NCBI GenBank assembly: GCA_004431415.1
Contig: QPMI01000408.1
Span: 744,001-808,000, forward strand
DNA length: 64,000 nt
Direction of reading: 5' to 3'
Source of the DNA: Cyanophora paradoxa CCMP329
Taxonomy: Eukaryota; Plantae; Glaucophyta
Below, piece by piece: positions 48,201-59,533 of the stretch (its first letter is position 1; every line of letters starts with the position of its first letter). The notes under the pieces are model-generated. The model was not told the DNA's origin. It did no database searches and saw only the letters and a list, made by a program, of their open reading frames with translations. Both the position numbers and the translations under genes were made by a program.

Positions 48201-48389
48201 TGTGCCGGCACCATGTGCACGGGGCTCATGATCATGATTCGACGATTGTGATCAGGTCTGAGTCAACGTTCGGCCGGCGTCGGAGCCGCAGTGCCGGGCG
48301 CCGCGCGCTGGCGACAGCTACGTATACGTATACGTTGAGATCGAGAGCTGAGAGAGACATCGGCCGAAGAAGGCTCATGTTCTCTTTGC
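33243..48389. repeat. 7.57-kb direct tandem duplication (33243-40808 and 40822-48389)
   Basis: The ORF track repeats with a ~7578 offset. The differences seen are single-base homopolymer indels. A 13-nt insert lies at the junction. Confidence 0.97.
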
Positions 48390-50412
48390 GAGGCAAGAGT
48401 GGGTCCTGGCCGCAAAGGAGCAGGTGGGTCCCTGCTCAGTGCTCATGTACATTTGAACTCCCCAGCTGTCGTGCAGCTAGACAGGCCGCTTAATCATGAG
48501 CTCTTGCTCAAGGTCTCGAGGACATTCTCCGCTGCAGGATCAATTGCAAGCTACAGCGTAAAGCCACGCTAGTAGCTATTCCTTCAGAGAATGCTCCTCT
48601 CTCCGAGGCTTGAGATCCGTGGCCATAGTCCACAGCAGCAGCAAGCTCGGGCAAGCTCGGCTGCAACGATTCCGGAAGGGGCTTGGGTGGGCGCGATCGA
48701 GGCTTCCGCTCTCGATCTGATCGCTCTTCCATGGCCACTCATCCGGAAGGAACTCGGGCGCGAGGCCTCGGTTCTGCTGCTGAATAGTACTGTCGCCCGC
48801 GGGCGGCCGGCATATATGCATATGCATCTCCAAGCCACTGGCCAGCTCATGATCATGATCGATCAAGCGTGGCGGTGCCACGGTGGCCTCGAAGGCGCGC
48901 GGCAAGGTGACCGTTTCACGGTCGGCGGCTTTAGCTTGCTGCAGCAGCGGAATCCGGTGCAGCATCTCTAGCGCATTCGCCGGAATGCCGCTCAGAGTGC
49001 TCGGTTCTGCTGTGAAGGGCACCAGGTCCGCCATTTGGGAGCCTCGGTTCCGGAGGAGATTCTTTCACGAAAAGCGCAAGGCGTAAAGCCAAGCTTATCG
49101 CTCAGAATGTCTGCTCCGTCGGCTTTGATCAGGGGCCGCAGCCATGCAGCGAGGCTTCTCGAAGCCGACGCGCGCCGAGCTCATGATCAAGATCTCCATC
49201 CTCACCCGAGCGAAGACAGTGCAAGCGGCAGCGGACACAAGGGTCCTGAAGCACGAGCTACTGCTCTCCGGGCGGCGAGCGATGCAACGGCAACCCGAGC
49301 TTGTCTGCCTCGGTCCCGGCTCGCTGCCTTTCCTCGTGTTCGACTCGACTCTGTTGGAACCCGAGGGAGTCAGGCAAGCTACGCAGCGACCACGGGGGTC
49401 CTGTTTTGCATGCTCTGCTCTCTGGGCGGCGAGCTACGCGGCGACCGCGAGGGTCCCGTTTTGCAAGCCTTTCGATCGACTCCGGTCGTTTCGCTCGGTG
49501 CCTCTGGCAGCCGAGGTGAGCAAGCTCACGTCGCACGAAACCGGGACGCCCCCGGATCGTGTTTGCGCTCAGTTTGCGAGAGCAGCACGCCCCAGTCGTA
49601 ACCGCGCTGAGCCAGAACCTCAGCCCGCGGCCGTGGGCGCCAGGCTAAGCCACGCGGCTGCCCCACGTCTCCTCCGCTGAACGATCTGCGAGCGAGCGGC
49701 TCGCCTGGCTCTCTATAGGTGGCCGGCGACCGCCCGCGCTTAGTGGCGCGCGGCGCGGGCGAGGTCCGCAGCCGGCCAGTTAGAGGATCAAATCTGCCGA
49801 CCCCAGCAGATCAAATCTCACGGGCGAGGCGCAGCGCGCACCCCGGAAGGCCGTGCGCGTGCGCTACGCCGGCACAGGCTATGATGAACTCGGGCGCGGA
49901 GCGCTGGGCTCGGAGTGCAAGGCTCACGAGAGCCAGCACGGCCGATCGACCAGGCTCGATGTACGCCTCGGTCTTGGGCGAGGCTCGCGGGTCGCCGGTC
50001 ATCGTACAGGTCTTCTTTCATCTGCGCAAGGCCGTGCGCGTGGCGCGGCGCGGCGGGGCGCGCGTACTAGCATGGGCATCGAGGTTGTCCCTCCGAGATC
50101 TGGACAAGATCTGCGGCGTCCGTCGGCGAGGGCGACGGGAGGGCGCGTCCGACCGCATTTAGCAGTTCTTCAGAGCTAGTTCTACGTTTCCGGAGCGCTG
50201 ACGGAGAGCCTGGCGGCTCGCTGTGGCTGATCGCTGTGTGCGTATCGCTCGCACGCCGATCCGAGCCCGCCGGTGCGCGGGGGTCGCCGATCGACGCTGA
50301 AATGATGTTCTAGAGCTACTGGCGATGCGCCCGCATCGCTGCTGATCGCCGATCGTGCCGGGCTGATGTTGACGATGAGCTGCCCACGGGTTGCTCCGTA
50401 GGCAGTGGCGCC

Positions 50413-50695
50413 TGTCGGATAGGAAGTATTCCCACCCGATTGGGCGCCCGCGCGGTCCAGCGCGGGGCCGGCTCCCTGTGCTGGAGCAGCTGTAGATGCA
50501 GGCTGGTGTATTCTCTGTGTACCCGGAAGACTACTGACTCTGTACCCCTAAGACAGGTAGAGGCAGGCCAGCGTAGGCTACCGCGAGGCAAGCCTACAGG
50601 AAGAGACTATGCTAAGGCACTCTAGACTGCGTCAGGCACCAACTAGCTCTAGTCGCTAAGTCATCTCATAGCCTAGGGAAACTAGCCATGCGACA
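50413..50695 (-). repeat. 5' LTR of the LARD-like element
   Basis: Direct copy of 32502-32784, followed by the TSD CGGGG. Confidence 0.95.
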
Positions 50696-53600
50696 CGGGG
50701 CCGGACTCCGGGCAGTTCAGGTATCCCCCCGCCACGCGCCCTACGAGTCCGACCACTTCCCGGTACTCGCCGAGTACGACAGGCGCGGACTCGGCCTCCA
50801 GTTCTCGTCCGGCCCGCCGCCCGCCCCCCAGCGCCCGCCTAGGTTCCAGTACGGAAAGCAAGCCGCTCTGACGAAAGTTCGGTTCAAGGAGCTCCTGGAG
50901 GCCAGCCTGAGCCGGACCAGCCCGGCGCCGAATGCGTGGCAGCAATCCTCGACGAAATCGAGCGGGACGCCGCCGCGCCGCCGCAGCAGCGCCTGACCCG
51001 CCTCAGCGCCGCGCTCGACGGGCGCTCGATCGAGTCAAGGAGATCGGCCAGTCGCGGACTTCGGCATGTACACGCCCGCACGCAAGACCCAAAAGTTCTC
51101 TCGCAGGGCCGGCCAGAGTCGGCGCTGCTCACGCGCGCGCAGGAACTCCGGCGCACCTGGGCGGCGGCGCGACACGGACCCGACTCCACGCCTCGCCGAG
51201 TGAGACACGCGCTATCGGACCTCCGCCTCGCCATCTCAAACCATAACCGTCGCATCTCGCAGCTCCCGTGGAGAAACGGTCCGGCTATAGTCTCCTCCCG
51301 GCTCCACCCCCTCTCCTCCTTTCTCAGCGCCGCAGCCCCGCTGGCTCGAGCACTACGATGTGTTCCTGGCATGGGTCTCGGCGCTCGACAAGAAGGTCGA
51401 CCTGCACATCCGCGGCTTCGAGACCAAGCGCATCCTGGCGAGCCGCGAACGCACGCGCCGCATGTTCAAAGTTGACCTCGCGCAGCACCTCCGACTGGTC
51501 CTGGAGGCGCCGGCTCGCCGAGGTATCACATCTTTCTCGTTCTTCGATGGGCTCGAATACAAAGTGTATGACTCCGAAGAGCAAGTCTGTCCCTTTGCCC
51601 GCCAGCACATGCACGCCTGGACCAAGCGCAGAGCACCCCTAACGGCCTGCCTCGACCCGCTAGGTCTCCCGCTAAGCGAATGCGCCCGGGACCCCCGCCT
51701 CTGGCAGCGACTGCACGCGCCGCGGGACGACATAGATGCAGCCCTATTCGATAGCCTACTGAATCGCACGGAGGACACGGAGCTGGGCAGAATCATTGGC
51801 TCGCTGAGAAACGGGGCGGCAGGGCCCTCGGGCCTCTCGAATGAAATGATTAAGATGCTGTGGAGTGACCCTGTCCTCCCCAGGAAAACGCTCGAAGAGC
51901 TGAAGAAAGCGGGCCTGGACACCTCGGCCCTCCAGTCCGAAAACAGAACGCCAACCTGCAGGCGGCTTCTACTGGTGACGGTCAACCTGATTCTAGAGCT
52001 CGGAGCTGTTCCTGAACCTCTGCTCTACGGAAATATCTGCCTGATCCCGAAGAGCGGAGAATGGGACGGGCACCCTGACAACGTCAGACCGATAACACTG
52101 CAAGAATGCGCCCTGAAACTGGTCACAGCTCTTCTCACGGATAGACTCTCCAGGATCATCCGAAAGAACGAACTACTGAAGGGCGCAAACTACGCCTTTA
52201 CACGTGGTAAATCGACGGACGAGCCGCTCTACATGATGCGCGCATTACTTGAAGATGCGAAACAGTTCTCTAAACCGATCTACCTGCTCCTCCTTGACAT
52301 CCGTCGAGCCTACGACAGCGTGAGCTGGCCCAGCATGGCGATGGCCCTCCGCCGCCTCCGCATCCCTGAGAAGTACATTCAGCTGTACGAACAGCTCACG
52401 ACGCGGCGCAAGGCATCGGTCCTCACCGGGTACGGCCCCACCGAACCGTTCGATGTCGAGTGCGGGCTTCCCCAGGGGGGTACGGAATCGCCTATCCACT
52501 GGCTCATCTTTTACGATGTCTTCCTTACGGCCCTGCGCGAAGTCAGCGCGGCGGAGGGTACAACATACCGCATGGGGCCCGGGATCGCACCTCGCCCGGC
52601 CCCCCCGCCAGCTCACCGCCTCCGGGCTCACCTCCCCGACGTTGACTCGCCAGGGCAGGCCTACGCGGACGACACCGTGCTCATCAGCTCGTCCGCGCGG
52701 GGGTACAACTGCATGCGGACCTGGTATCGGAATTCTTCTGGATCCACGATATCGCCCTGAACGCGAAGAAGACTGAGTTCACTTATAACAACGTATCTCC
52801 CGAGCCCAAACCGCCCTCCTTGGCCCGCCCGGGGCTAAGGAGCGTGCGCACCACGTCCTGCCCCCGACGAAGCCCTTCAAGTTCCTGGGGGTCTGGTTTA
52901 CCGCGGACCTAAATTGGAGGCATCAGTTCGAAGCGGTCTACACGATGGCGCAGACCGCCTGCGCGATCCTAAAGAAAAAGAAGCTCACCGCAAAGGAAGC
53001 AGTGTACATCGTGAACAGCGTACTCATCCCGCGCATCACGTACGCCTGCAAGGTTGTCGCGTACACCGAGCGCCAGTGCGCCCAGATAGATACCCTGTGG
53101 ATGACGCTAGTCAAGCATCAGGCGCGCCTCCGCCGCTCGGCGCCCAACGCCCTAATATGGAGCCGCGGATTCTATGGGCTGAAGCGCCTGGCAGACGAGC
53201 AGCTCGCCATACACGTCCTAGACGAAACAATCCGCGCGAACCACCCGACGCTTCGCCCGTATCTCCTCCACCGCGTGTTCGCGGCGCAGGAAAAGCTATG
53301 CCTTCCTCTCCCCCCGTACTGCTATCCGAACCTAGATCCAGGCCCGACCCTCCGGCGCGATCATCTAGCCCTCGCTATAGCCCGAAATATGAATGCGGAG
53401 GGCCACATCCTCGACTCGGGAAGGTCGCACCTGACTCCGGCCCTCCCGCATCCTCGACTCGAACGAAGATTCGTCCTCACTACGCTTCTACCGCCAGCCC
53501 TCCTCCGCAGCGCCGCGCCGTTCCTGTGGGAACACGATCTGCTGACGGCGGCGGACATCACGGGCCCGGACGGGCGCACCGTTCTGGACTGGGCGAGCCT

Positions 53601-53780
53601 CTGGGGCAGCGGCCGCGTCCGCCAGCGTCTCGGCCGGGCGCCGTCGTGGTTCCCAGACTTCCTCCGCGCAATCTGCGAGCCCGTCCGCCGAGGAAGCTCC
53701 CACGCTCCCTGCGCTTCCCCATGCACGTGCTCAAGCAGGGGGCGCGGCGCCAGCAGACGCTTTTCGAAGCGAACCTGATG
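50696..53780 (+). CDS. LINE ORF2: APE C-terminus and non-LTR reverse transcriptase (frameshifted)
   Basis: SDHFPV; AAGPSG; LIPKSG..VRPITL; LDIRRAYDSV; GLPQGGTESP; AYADDT; FKFLGVW; thumb region YIVNSVLIPRITY. Confidence 0.95.
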
Positions 53781-54479
53781 AGCCCGCCGTACGTGGAGGG
53801 ACAGTTCGCCTGGCACCCGCAGGGCTACCTGACGCGCATCGTTAGCAAATGGGAGGAGCGCGATGAAGACGATGGGCGCCTCCGCGTGTACGTCCGCCTG
53901 GAACATTGGATCTGGCGCGACCGCACGATCCGCGACGGCGACGGGGAGGGCGCCGCCCGATTCTACAAGTGCACGATGCTCAAAGATGAGTGCGATGCGC
54001 GGTACACGACGGACGATGCGACAGCCAAGGCGGCGCGCCAGCGCTGCGACCACTCTGAGCCGGAGTCAGGCGCCTGCCAGTGGACCGAGGACTCTATCCA
54101 CATTCACCCGGCCCGCCTCCTCGAGCTAATCACCCCGGCGACCCGCACGCGGAAGCACGAACCGTACGCGGTTGTGAAGCTAGAGAGTCAGGAGTGGTGG
54201 ACCGAGTTCCGCACGACGCTCTTCCTTCCTCCGTGGGAACGCGATTGGGATTACGAAGCGGATCCCTCCGCGCAGCCCCAGCCGCCGTCGGGCTACAAGC
54301 AACGCCGCCCGGGTACAGTGCCACCGCGCACCGCACCGCCTGTATACCCGGATCGCCAGCCTCTCGAGCACTTTCTCATCGACCCGGAGCCCCTAGCCGA
54401 CCCGTTCTGGAACCTCGTAGCCCAGGAGCTTCGCCGCGAGGAGCTCCCCGCTGCCCGGCCCCGAGAGTGGCGGCGACCG

Positions 54480-55500
54480 ATGCCAGCACAACGGGGTTCG
54501 GATCCGAGGCGGCGCTAACGGCTTACGCGGGTGTCTGGACCCGGGACCACGAGCAGAACGCGGCGCACTCCCCAGCGGATCGGCAGCGGGAAGCCCAGCG
54601 CCGCAGCGAAGGTATACAGCTGAAAAACCAGCTGCTGCGTGAAGCCGATGCATGCGCAGAAGATGACGCCCCACAGGCGGCGGCCCTGCGGGAGCTCGCC
54701 GAAGCCATCCCCACGGACGGCAGCGACTTCTTTGTCGCCCCGTGCCCGGGCACTGTCAACAACAACAAAGGCGAGCTCCTCGCCGTCCTCACGGCCTTCT
54801 TAAAGTCGCCCGAGGGCTGCACAGTTAAGACAGACAGCTCGACGGCGATGTCACTCATCCGCCGCTCTGTCCTGCACCGCGCTGACTCGACGGTCCGCAG
54901 CGGCCTTCGCACCAACTTCTCGCACCATCTGCGAGCGGCTGCAGAAGTCCATCAGCACCGCAGAGCCCTCGCCGCCGCCGCCGGAAGGCCACCCGCCGAG
55001 GTCCGCGTACAGAAGGTGAAGGCGCATCAGAAAGAGTACACTGACCGGCCTGCGCCTGTCGCCCCGGCAGAGCCCGAGACGGACAGCGATGCGGACGACT
55101 CCGGATCGTACGTGTCCTACCTCTCCGCCCCGGACGACCTCCCCCCGAGCCCTCTGACGCCGAGCTTATCGCCAAATTCGGCGAGGGACAAGGGGTGTAC
55201 GCCGGGCGCCCGAACCCGCTTTCGGGCGCTTATAACTACCTGTCCGAGCACATCCGTGCGCGCACTGCTCACCTCCGCCGCCGCGAGACTCGACGCATTC
55301 TCCACCAGATCGAACGTCAGACCCGCAAGGCGCGCCGGGAGGAACGCCAGCGCCGTCGAGACGCGCTCGCGGCTCTCGGGCCCCACGTTCCCGCCCTCGC
55401 CGGCCTCCCGATCGCCCAACGCATGGAGAGGGTACTGAATGATGCGTACGACCGGGATAACCACCGAGCCGACCGCCTCGCCGCAGCGGCGCTCGCCCTG
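54480..55500 (+). CDS. LINE RNase H domain with large insertions
   Basis: NNNKGELLAV, VKTDS, QKVKAH and, about 145 codons later, DNHRADRLA. Confidence 0.8.
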
Positions 55501-55899
55501 CACCCCTGCGCCCCGTTCTCCAAGGTCTGCAGCGATGGCCACGGCCTCAATGCCTGGGCTGACGTCGAGAGCGCCACCTGGCAGGCAGATCCCGCAGTCG
55601 CATCCGACCCCGCCGTCTCGGCTGCCGCAAAACGTGCATGGCTAGCACGGCGTGAGCCCCTCTTTCCCCCGGCGGGTTCGAGTTCGTCCTCCTCTTCTCA
55701 CCCCCCCGCAGGAGCCTGGAGGGGTACGACTCCAGCAGAGCGTACCGCGTCGAGTCCGACCCCGGGCCCACGTCCGCGCCGTCTGCGAAATGCGTAACTT
55801 CGTGCGGCTGACGTCGCTTGAATCCTCGTGGCTCGGCGCCCCGGCCGACCGGGCACGGCTCGCGCGCGAATTCCGTAAGCAAGGCGCCTCCCGCGACGC

Positions 55900-56700
55900 G
55901 TCAGCCCCGTTCAATGCCCGCCTTGCGCAGCTCACCAAATTCAGCATGGAACTCGCGCCCCTCCTACCTGTCCGTGCCCGCGATGCCCCACACCTCTACG
56001 GCAACATCAACCCGCAAGGCCTGTGCGTACGCCCTGGGTGCGCTCGCGTCGCCGACGCCTCCGGCGGCCCCATCCCGGCACCCCCCTGGGCACCGAGGCG
56101 CGACCCAGGAGCCGCCGCAACCGCAGACCGCGACCCCCCGCCGGCGCTCCACAGCGCGAGTCAACCCGAGACCCACGACCACGCCTTCGGCCTTTGTTCG
56201 GCATCGCAAGCGGCCCGGCTCGCTATGCAATCCAAGATTTACAACCTCCTCCACACAACGATCACCACGCAGAGACTAAAGTCGGCCGCAACGAGGTACG
56301 AGCTCCCGGACGGCCTGAAGTCGGACGGCCTGTTCCTCCGCGACCTATTTCCCGCCTTCGCCCTCGCTGACGAACGCCGCTGGCGTCAGACCGTGCACGA
56401 ACGCTCGCGACCCGGGCCTGTACCCCCCCACCTCCGTGCCTGTCTCTACGGCTCCCCCTCCCGCTGGCTGACTCACGGACAGGCCCTTTTCACCGACCTC
56501 TCGCACGACTCGCCCCGCCTGTCCGTCCGGCTGCTCCTCCCCCGCAGTCTGGTCCCGGCCCTCGAGTACCTTCATGTCCGCGCCCCCGCTGCTCGTAAAT
56601 GCGCGAACGGGATCTTTGATGTACTTGTGACTGGGCTCCAGGAGATTTGGCAGGCGCGAAACTCGGACGTCCAAGCCTGGCAGCGCCGCTGTGGCCTCAA
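55900..56700 (+). CDS. LINE C-terminal CCHC (zf-RVT-like) region
   Basis: LLPVRARDAPHLYG..CVRPGC...ETHDHAFGLC and EIWQARN, typical of the ORF2 C-terminus. Confidence 0.7.
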
Positions 56701-57279
56701 GCGTCGGACTCTGACGGCGCCCCGACCCCCGCCAGCAACAGACCCCGCGGCCCGCCGAAGAAGCCGCCGCGCCCGGGAGACACGCCCCCAGCCGGACCCG
56801 AACCCGCAGCCCGCACCCGTAGTGCCGGTCAGTAGTATTCCGGTACCCCCAAGCGTACCGGAACGCGCCCGTCTCCAGCCGACGGCAGCGCCAGCGCGCG
56901 ATGCGCACTCAGCAGTAGGCCGGTCGAGCACAGACCGTCCAGCTTGCCCGCCCTCCCCGCCCGACGCCCATGACCTGATGAATGTCGCCGCAGACAGCCC
57001 GCACAGCCCGCCCACGAACCCCAAAGCAACCTCGCGATCGGACGCCCCTCCCGTGAGCTCAGCCCCCAGCTTAACCCTCCACCCCCCCTGAGCCCCCAGC
57101 GCCTCACCCGCCGGAGCCCCGGCACTCACCCTTGCCCGCGGCCCCGACCCGCCCGCAGCCCAGCCCGTGGCCCCCCTGCCGCCGTCCGAAGAGGTCCGCC
57201 TAGCGTGGGCACAGACCCGACCCGGCCCGCTAAAGCCTGCGCAGGAAGTACTCCGACAGATCTCCTCGCCGCTGCTCGG

Positions 57280-57910
57280 TACCTCGGGCAGCATCAACGT
57301 CACGAGGAGATCTCTCAGTCGGCTCAATGGTGAGACCTGGTTAGACGACGAGACCGTTGTCTTCTACCTCGCCCTCCTCGCCCAACTCCCTGCCCTGGCC
57401 CGCCGTCCACTAATCTTTGACTCGCTTGAGTACCCTAACCTCTCCGCGCCAGGCCGAGGCCCCCAGCGCCTTCACAACAAGCTGGTAGCCCGCGGGGTCA
57501 GCCCGTTCGACTTCGATGTTCTGCTCTTCCCGATCCACTCACCGGGCCACTGGACCTTCGCTGCGATCCACGTACGTGACCGTCGAGCCGAACTCTATGA
57601 TGCCTACAACCTGCCAAACGCAGAGTCGGCTCGAGAGAAGCTGGCCCCGATTCTCCGCTGGCTCCAGCTCGAGCGCCGGGAACGCAACCTTCCCTCAGAC
57701 GACCCACCGCCTGGCCGCTTGCATCGGCCACCAGGTACCCCATCCCGAACAACGGGACCGCTTCAGCTGCGGTGTAATTGTCTGTGCCCTGGCAGACGCC
57801 CTGGTCCGGGGCCAAGAAGACGCGCTCACGGACCCCAACTCGCCCTTCGATGGCAGCAGCCGGTGCTGCGCCCACTGGCGCAGCCTCATCCTCACCCGAA
57901 TCCTAGCCAC
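57280..57910 (+). CDS. Ulp1/SENP-like (peptidase C48) cysteine protease domain inside the LINE
   Basis: SLSRLNGETWLDDETV, LLFPIHSPGHWT (His 57548), LYDAY (Asp 57599), EQRDRFSCGVIVC (Gln 57750, Cys 57768). One frameshift lies between the Asp and the Cys. Confidence 0.88.
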
Positions 57911-59000
57911 AAGCCAACGGCCCCCAGCACCCGGACCCGGCCCCAGAGGTCCGCCCCAGCCCCCTCCGGCTCCGGCTCCACCCCCGCCGCCGCGAGCCCC
58001 GGACCCCCCGCCCCCCCCACGCCCCGCCCCGCCCCCCGCCTCGCCTCGCCCACCTCCGACAGGCCGACCGGAGGCGACAGGCCCTTCCTCCCGACTAGGT
58101 GCCGGCACAGCTCGACCCGGCAAGGGCCGTGGCAAAGGTCGCGGCAGAGGGACGACCGTGGCGATGCGCCCCCTCCAATCCTACTTCCGGTCCGCGGTCG
58201 GTCTCTCCCCCGTTCCCCCCGGCCCCGACTCGCAACTGCCCCCTCCCCCTCCGGACTCCCCGCCGCCCCCGCCCCCAGCGGACCCTCCGCCACCCCCGGC
58301 CCCCTCCCCCTCGCCCGCCCGACCGGCCCCTCCACCGTCCCCCGGCCCCGTCTCCCCCCCCCTTCCCCCCAGCCCCTCCCCCCCACACCCCCAGCCTCCT
58401 CCCCTCCCCGCAGCCCAGCCCCGCTACCCCGCCGCCTCACGCGCCGCGAGCGTGAGCTGGCCGCCCTCCGTGACTCGGCCGGCTTCACCTCCGCCCGCAA
58501 CAATCTTCTTGCACGTGGAGACCGCGGAGCCCGACGTGCAGGTCCGGCTGTCCAGCCCCTGATCCACAGGACCGCCCCCCCCCGGACCCCCCCGCCTCGG
58601 CGAGCCTCTCTGACCCCCCCACACCGCCGTCACCCGTCGAACCGCAAGACCGGCCCCCGCCCCGCCAGCCCCGCGCCCCCCGCCGCCGGGCCCCCCCACC
58701 ACCGCCGGCACCGCCCTCGGTCCCCGCACCACCGCCCCCATTCGAGTTTTCCGCCCGCGCGCGCCAGCTCCACCCCGAGGCACTCCCGCCCCCAGACCGA
58801 TGTCCCCTCTGCCTACACCCCCTGGGCCGTCACCGCCGCCTCCACCGAGCCCCGTACCCCCTTCTCTGCCCCCCAAGGTACCACCCCCTGCTCCACCGCG
58901 GCGACCTCATCCAGTCCCTCCTCATCTTCGGCCTCTCCCCGCTGGGCTACAGACCCTGAGCCCAAAGTGTGCACTCCCTGCCCGCGCGCGCCGGGCTGAC
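57910..59000 (+). repeat. C-rich low-complexity region encoding a Pro-rich tail of the LINE protein
   Basis: Poly-Pro translations such as PPPPPDSPPPPPPADPPPPP in shifting frames. Confidence 0.7.
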
Positions 59001-59533
59001 GCCACGCTCGCGCTTGAGAGGCCCACTCCTGGAGGAGAGCAGGCCCCTCGGGCGTGGCCTGCCTGCCCGCGCCAGGTCCGGTCCCGCCCGCGCAGGTGCA
59101 GGCTGCCACGCCGCTGGCAGCCTGCAGGGCGGGACCCGCCGCCGGATGGGGGGCCCCAACCCCTCCCCCGGGGGCCCCGCGCCCGGCGGCGCTCGCACCG
59201 CAGAGGCGGTGCGCAATAAATCCTCCGGGGCCCTGCCCCAATAAACTCTCCGGCCCCAGCTCCCCACCCCCAACCCCACCCCCCAATGGCCGCGCTCGCG
59301 CGGCCGCTGGGGGAGGCCCCACCGAGGGCCGCAAGAGTGGCCTTAGGGGGTAGGGCTCGCAGTAGGGAGATTCCCTCGGGGTTAGTCTAGCTGGAGACCC
59401 AATAGGGGGGAGGTAAGCTAGACTTGTCGTGTGTTTGTAGGCTTAGGCCTAGGGTAGGCAGATAGCATTAGCTGTTTGTCAACTTGGGGCACCAGTCCCC
59501 TAATACACTAGGGATTACTAAAAAAAAAAAAAA

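Larger units (their letters stand above)
32502..50695 (-). mobile_element. 18.2-kb non-autonomous LTR retroelement (LARD-like)
   Basis: 283-bp TG..CA LTRs at 32502-32784 and 50413-50695. 5-bp TSD CGGGG at 32497-32501 and 50696-50700. PPT AAGAGGAGT at 32793-32785. No RT, RNase H or IN motifs seen inside. Confidence 0.92.
32396..59533 (+). mobile_element. 5'-truncated LINE (APE-RT-RNase H-ZnF-Ulp1-like protease), about 8.9 kb after removing the nested LTR element
   Basis: 16-bp TSD GGCTGGAGTCGGGATC at 32380-32395 and 59534-59549. A14 tail at 59520-59533. APE motifs RLDYIL (32467-32484) and SDHFPV (~50750) rejoin in frame across the nested element. Confidence 0.93.

Noticed and set aside
33100-48400. 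Protein-coding genes within the LARD interior
   Set aside because: Short overlapping ORFs occur on both strands with no recognisable motif or consistent exon chain.
56270-56360. Restriction-like endonuclease (Dualen/RandI-type second nuclease) at ELPDGLKSDGLF
   Set aside because: Spacing and downstream D/E-x-K and K..KY motifs are not convincing; an HMM test is needed.
50900-57800. Programmed frameshifting or true pseudogenisation of the LINE and Gypsy ORFs
   Set aside because: Breaks often fall in homopolymers, and the duplicated 7.6-kb copies differ by the same kind of indel, so sequencing error cannot be excluded.
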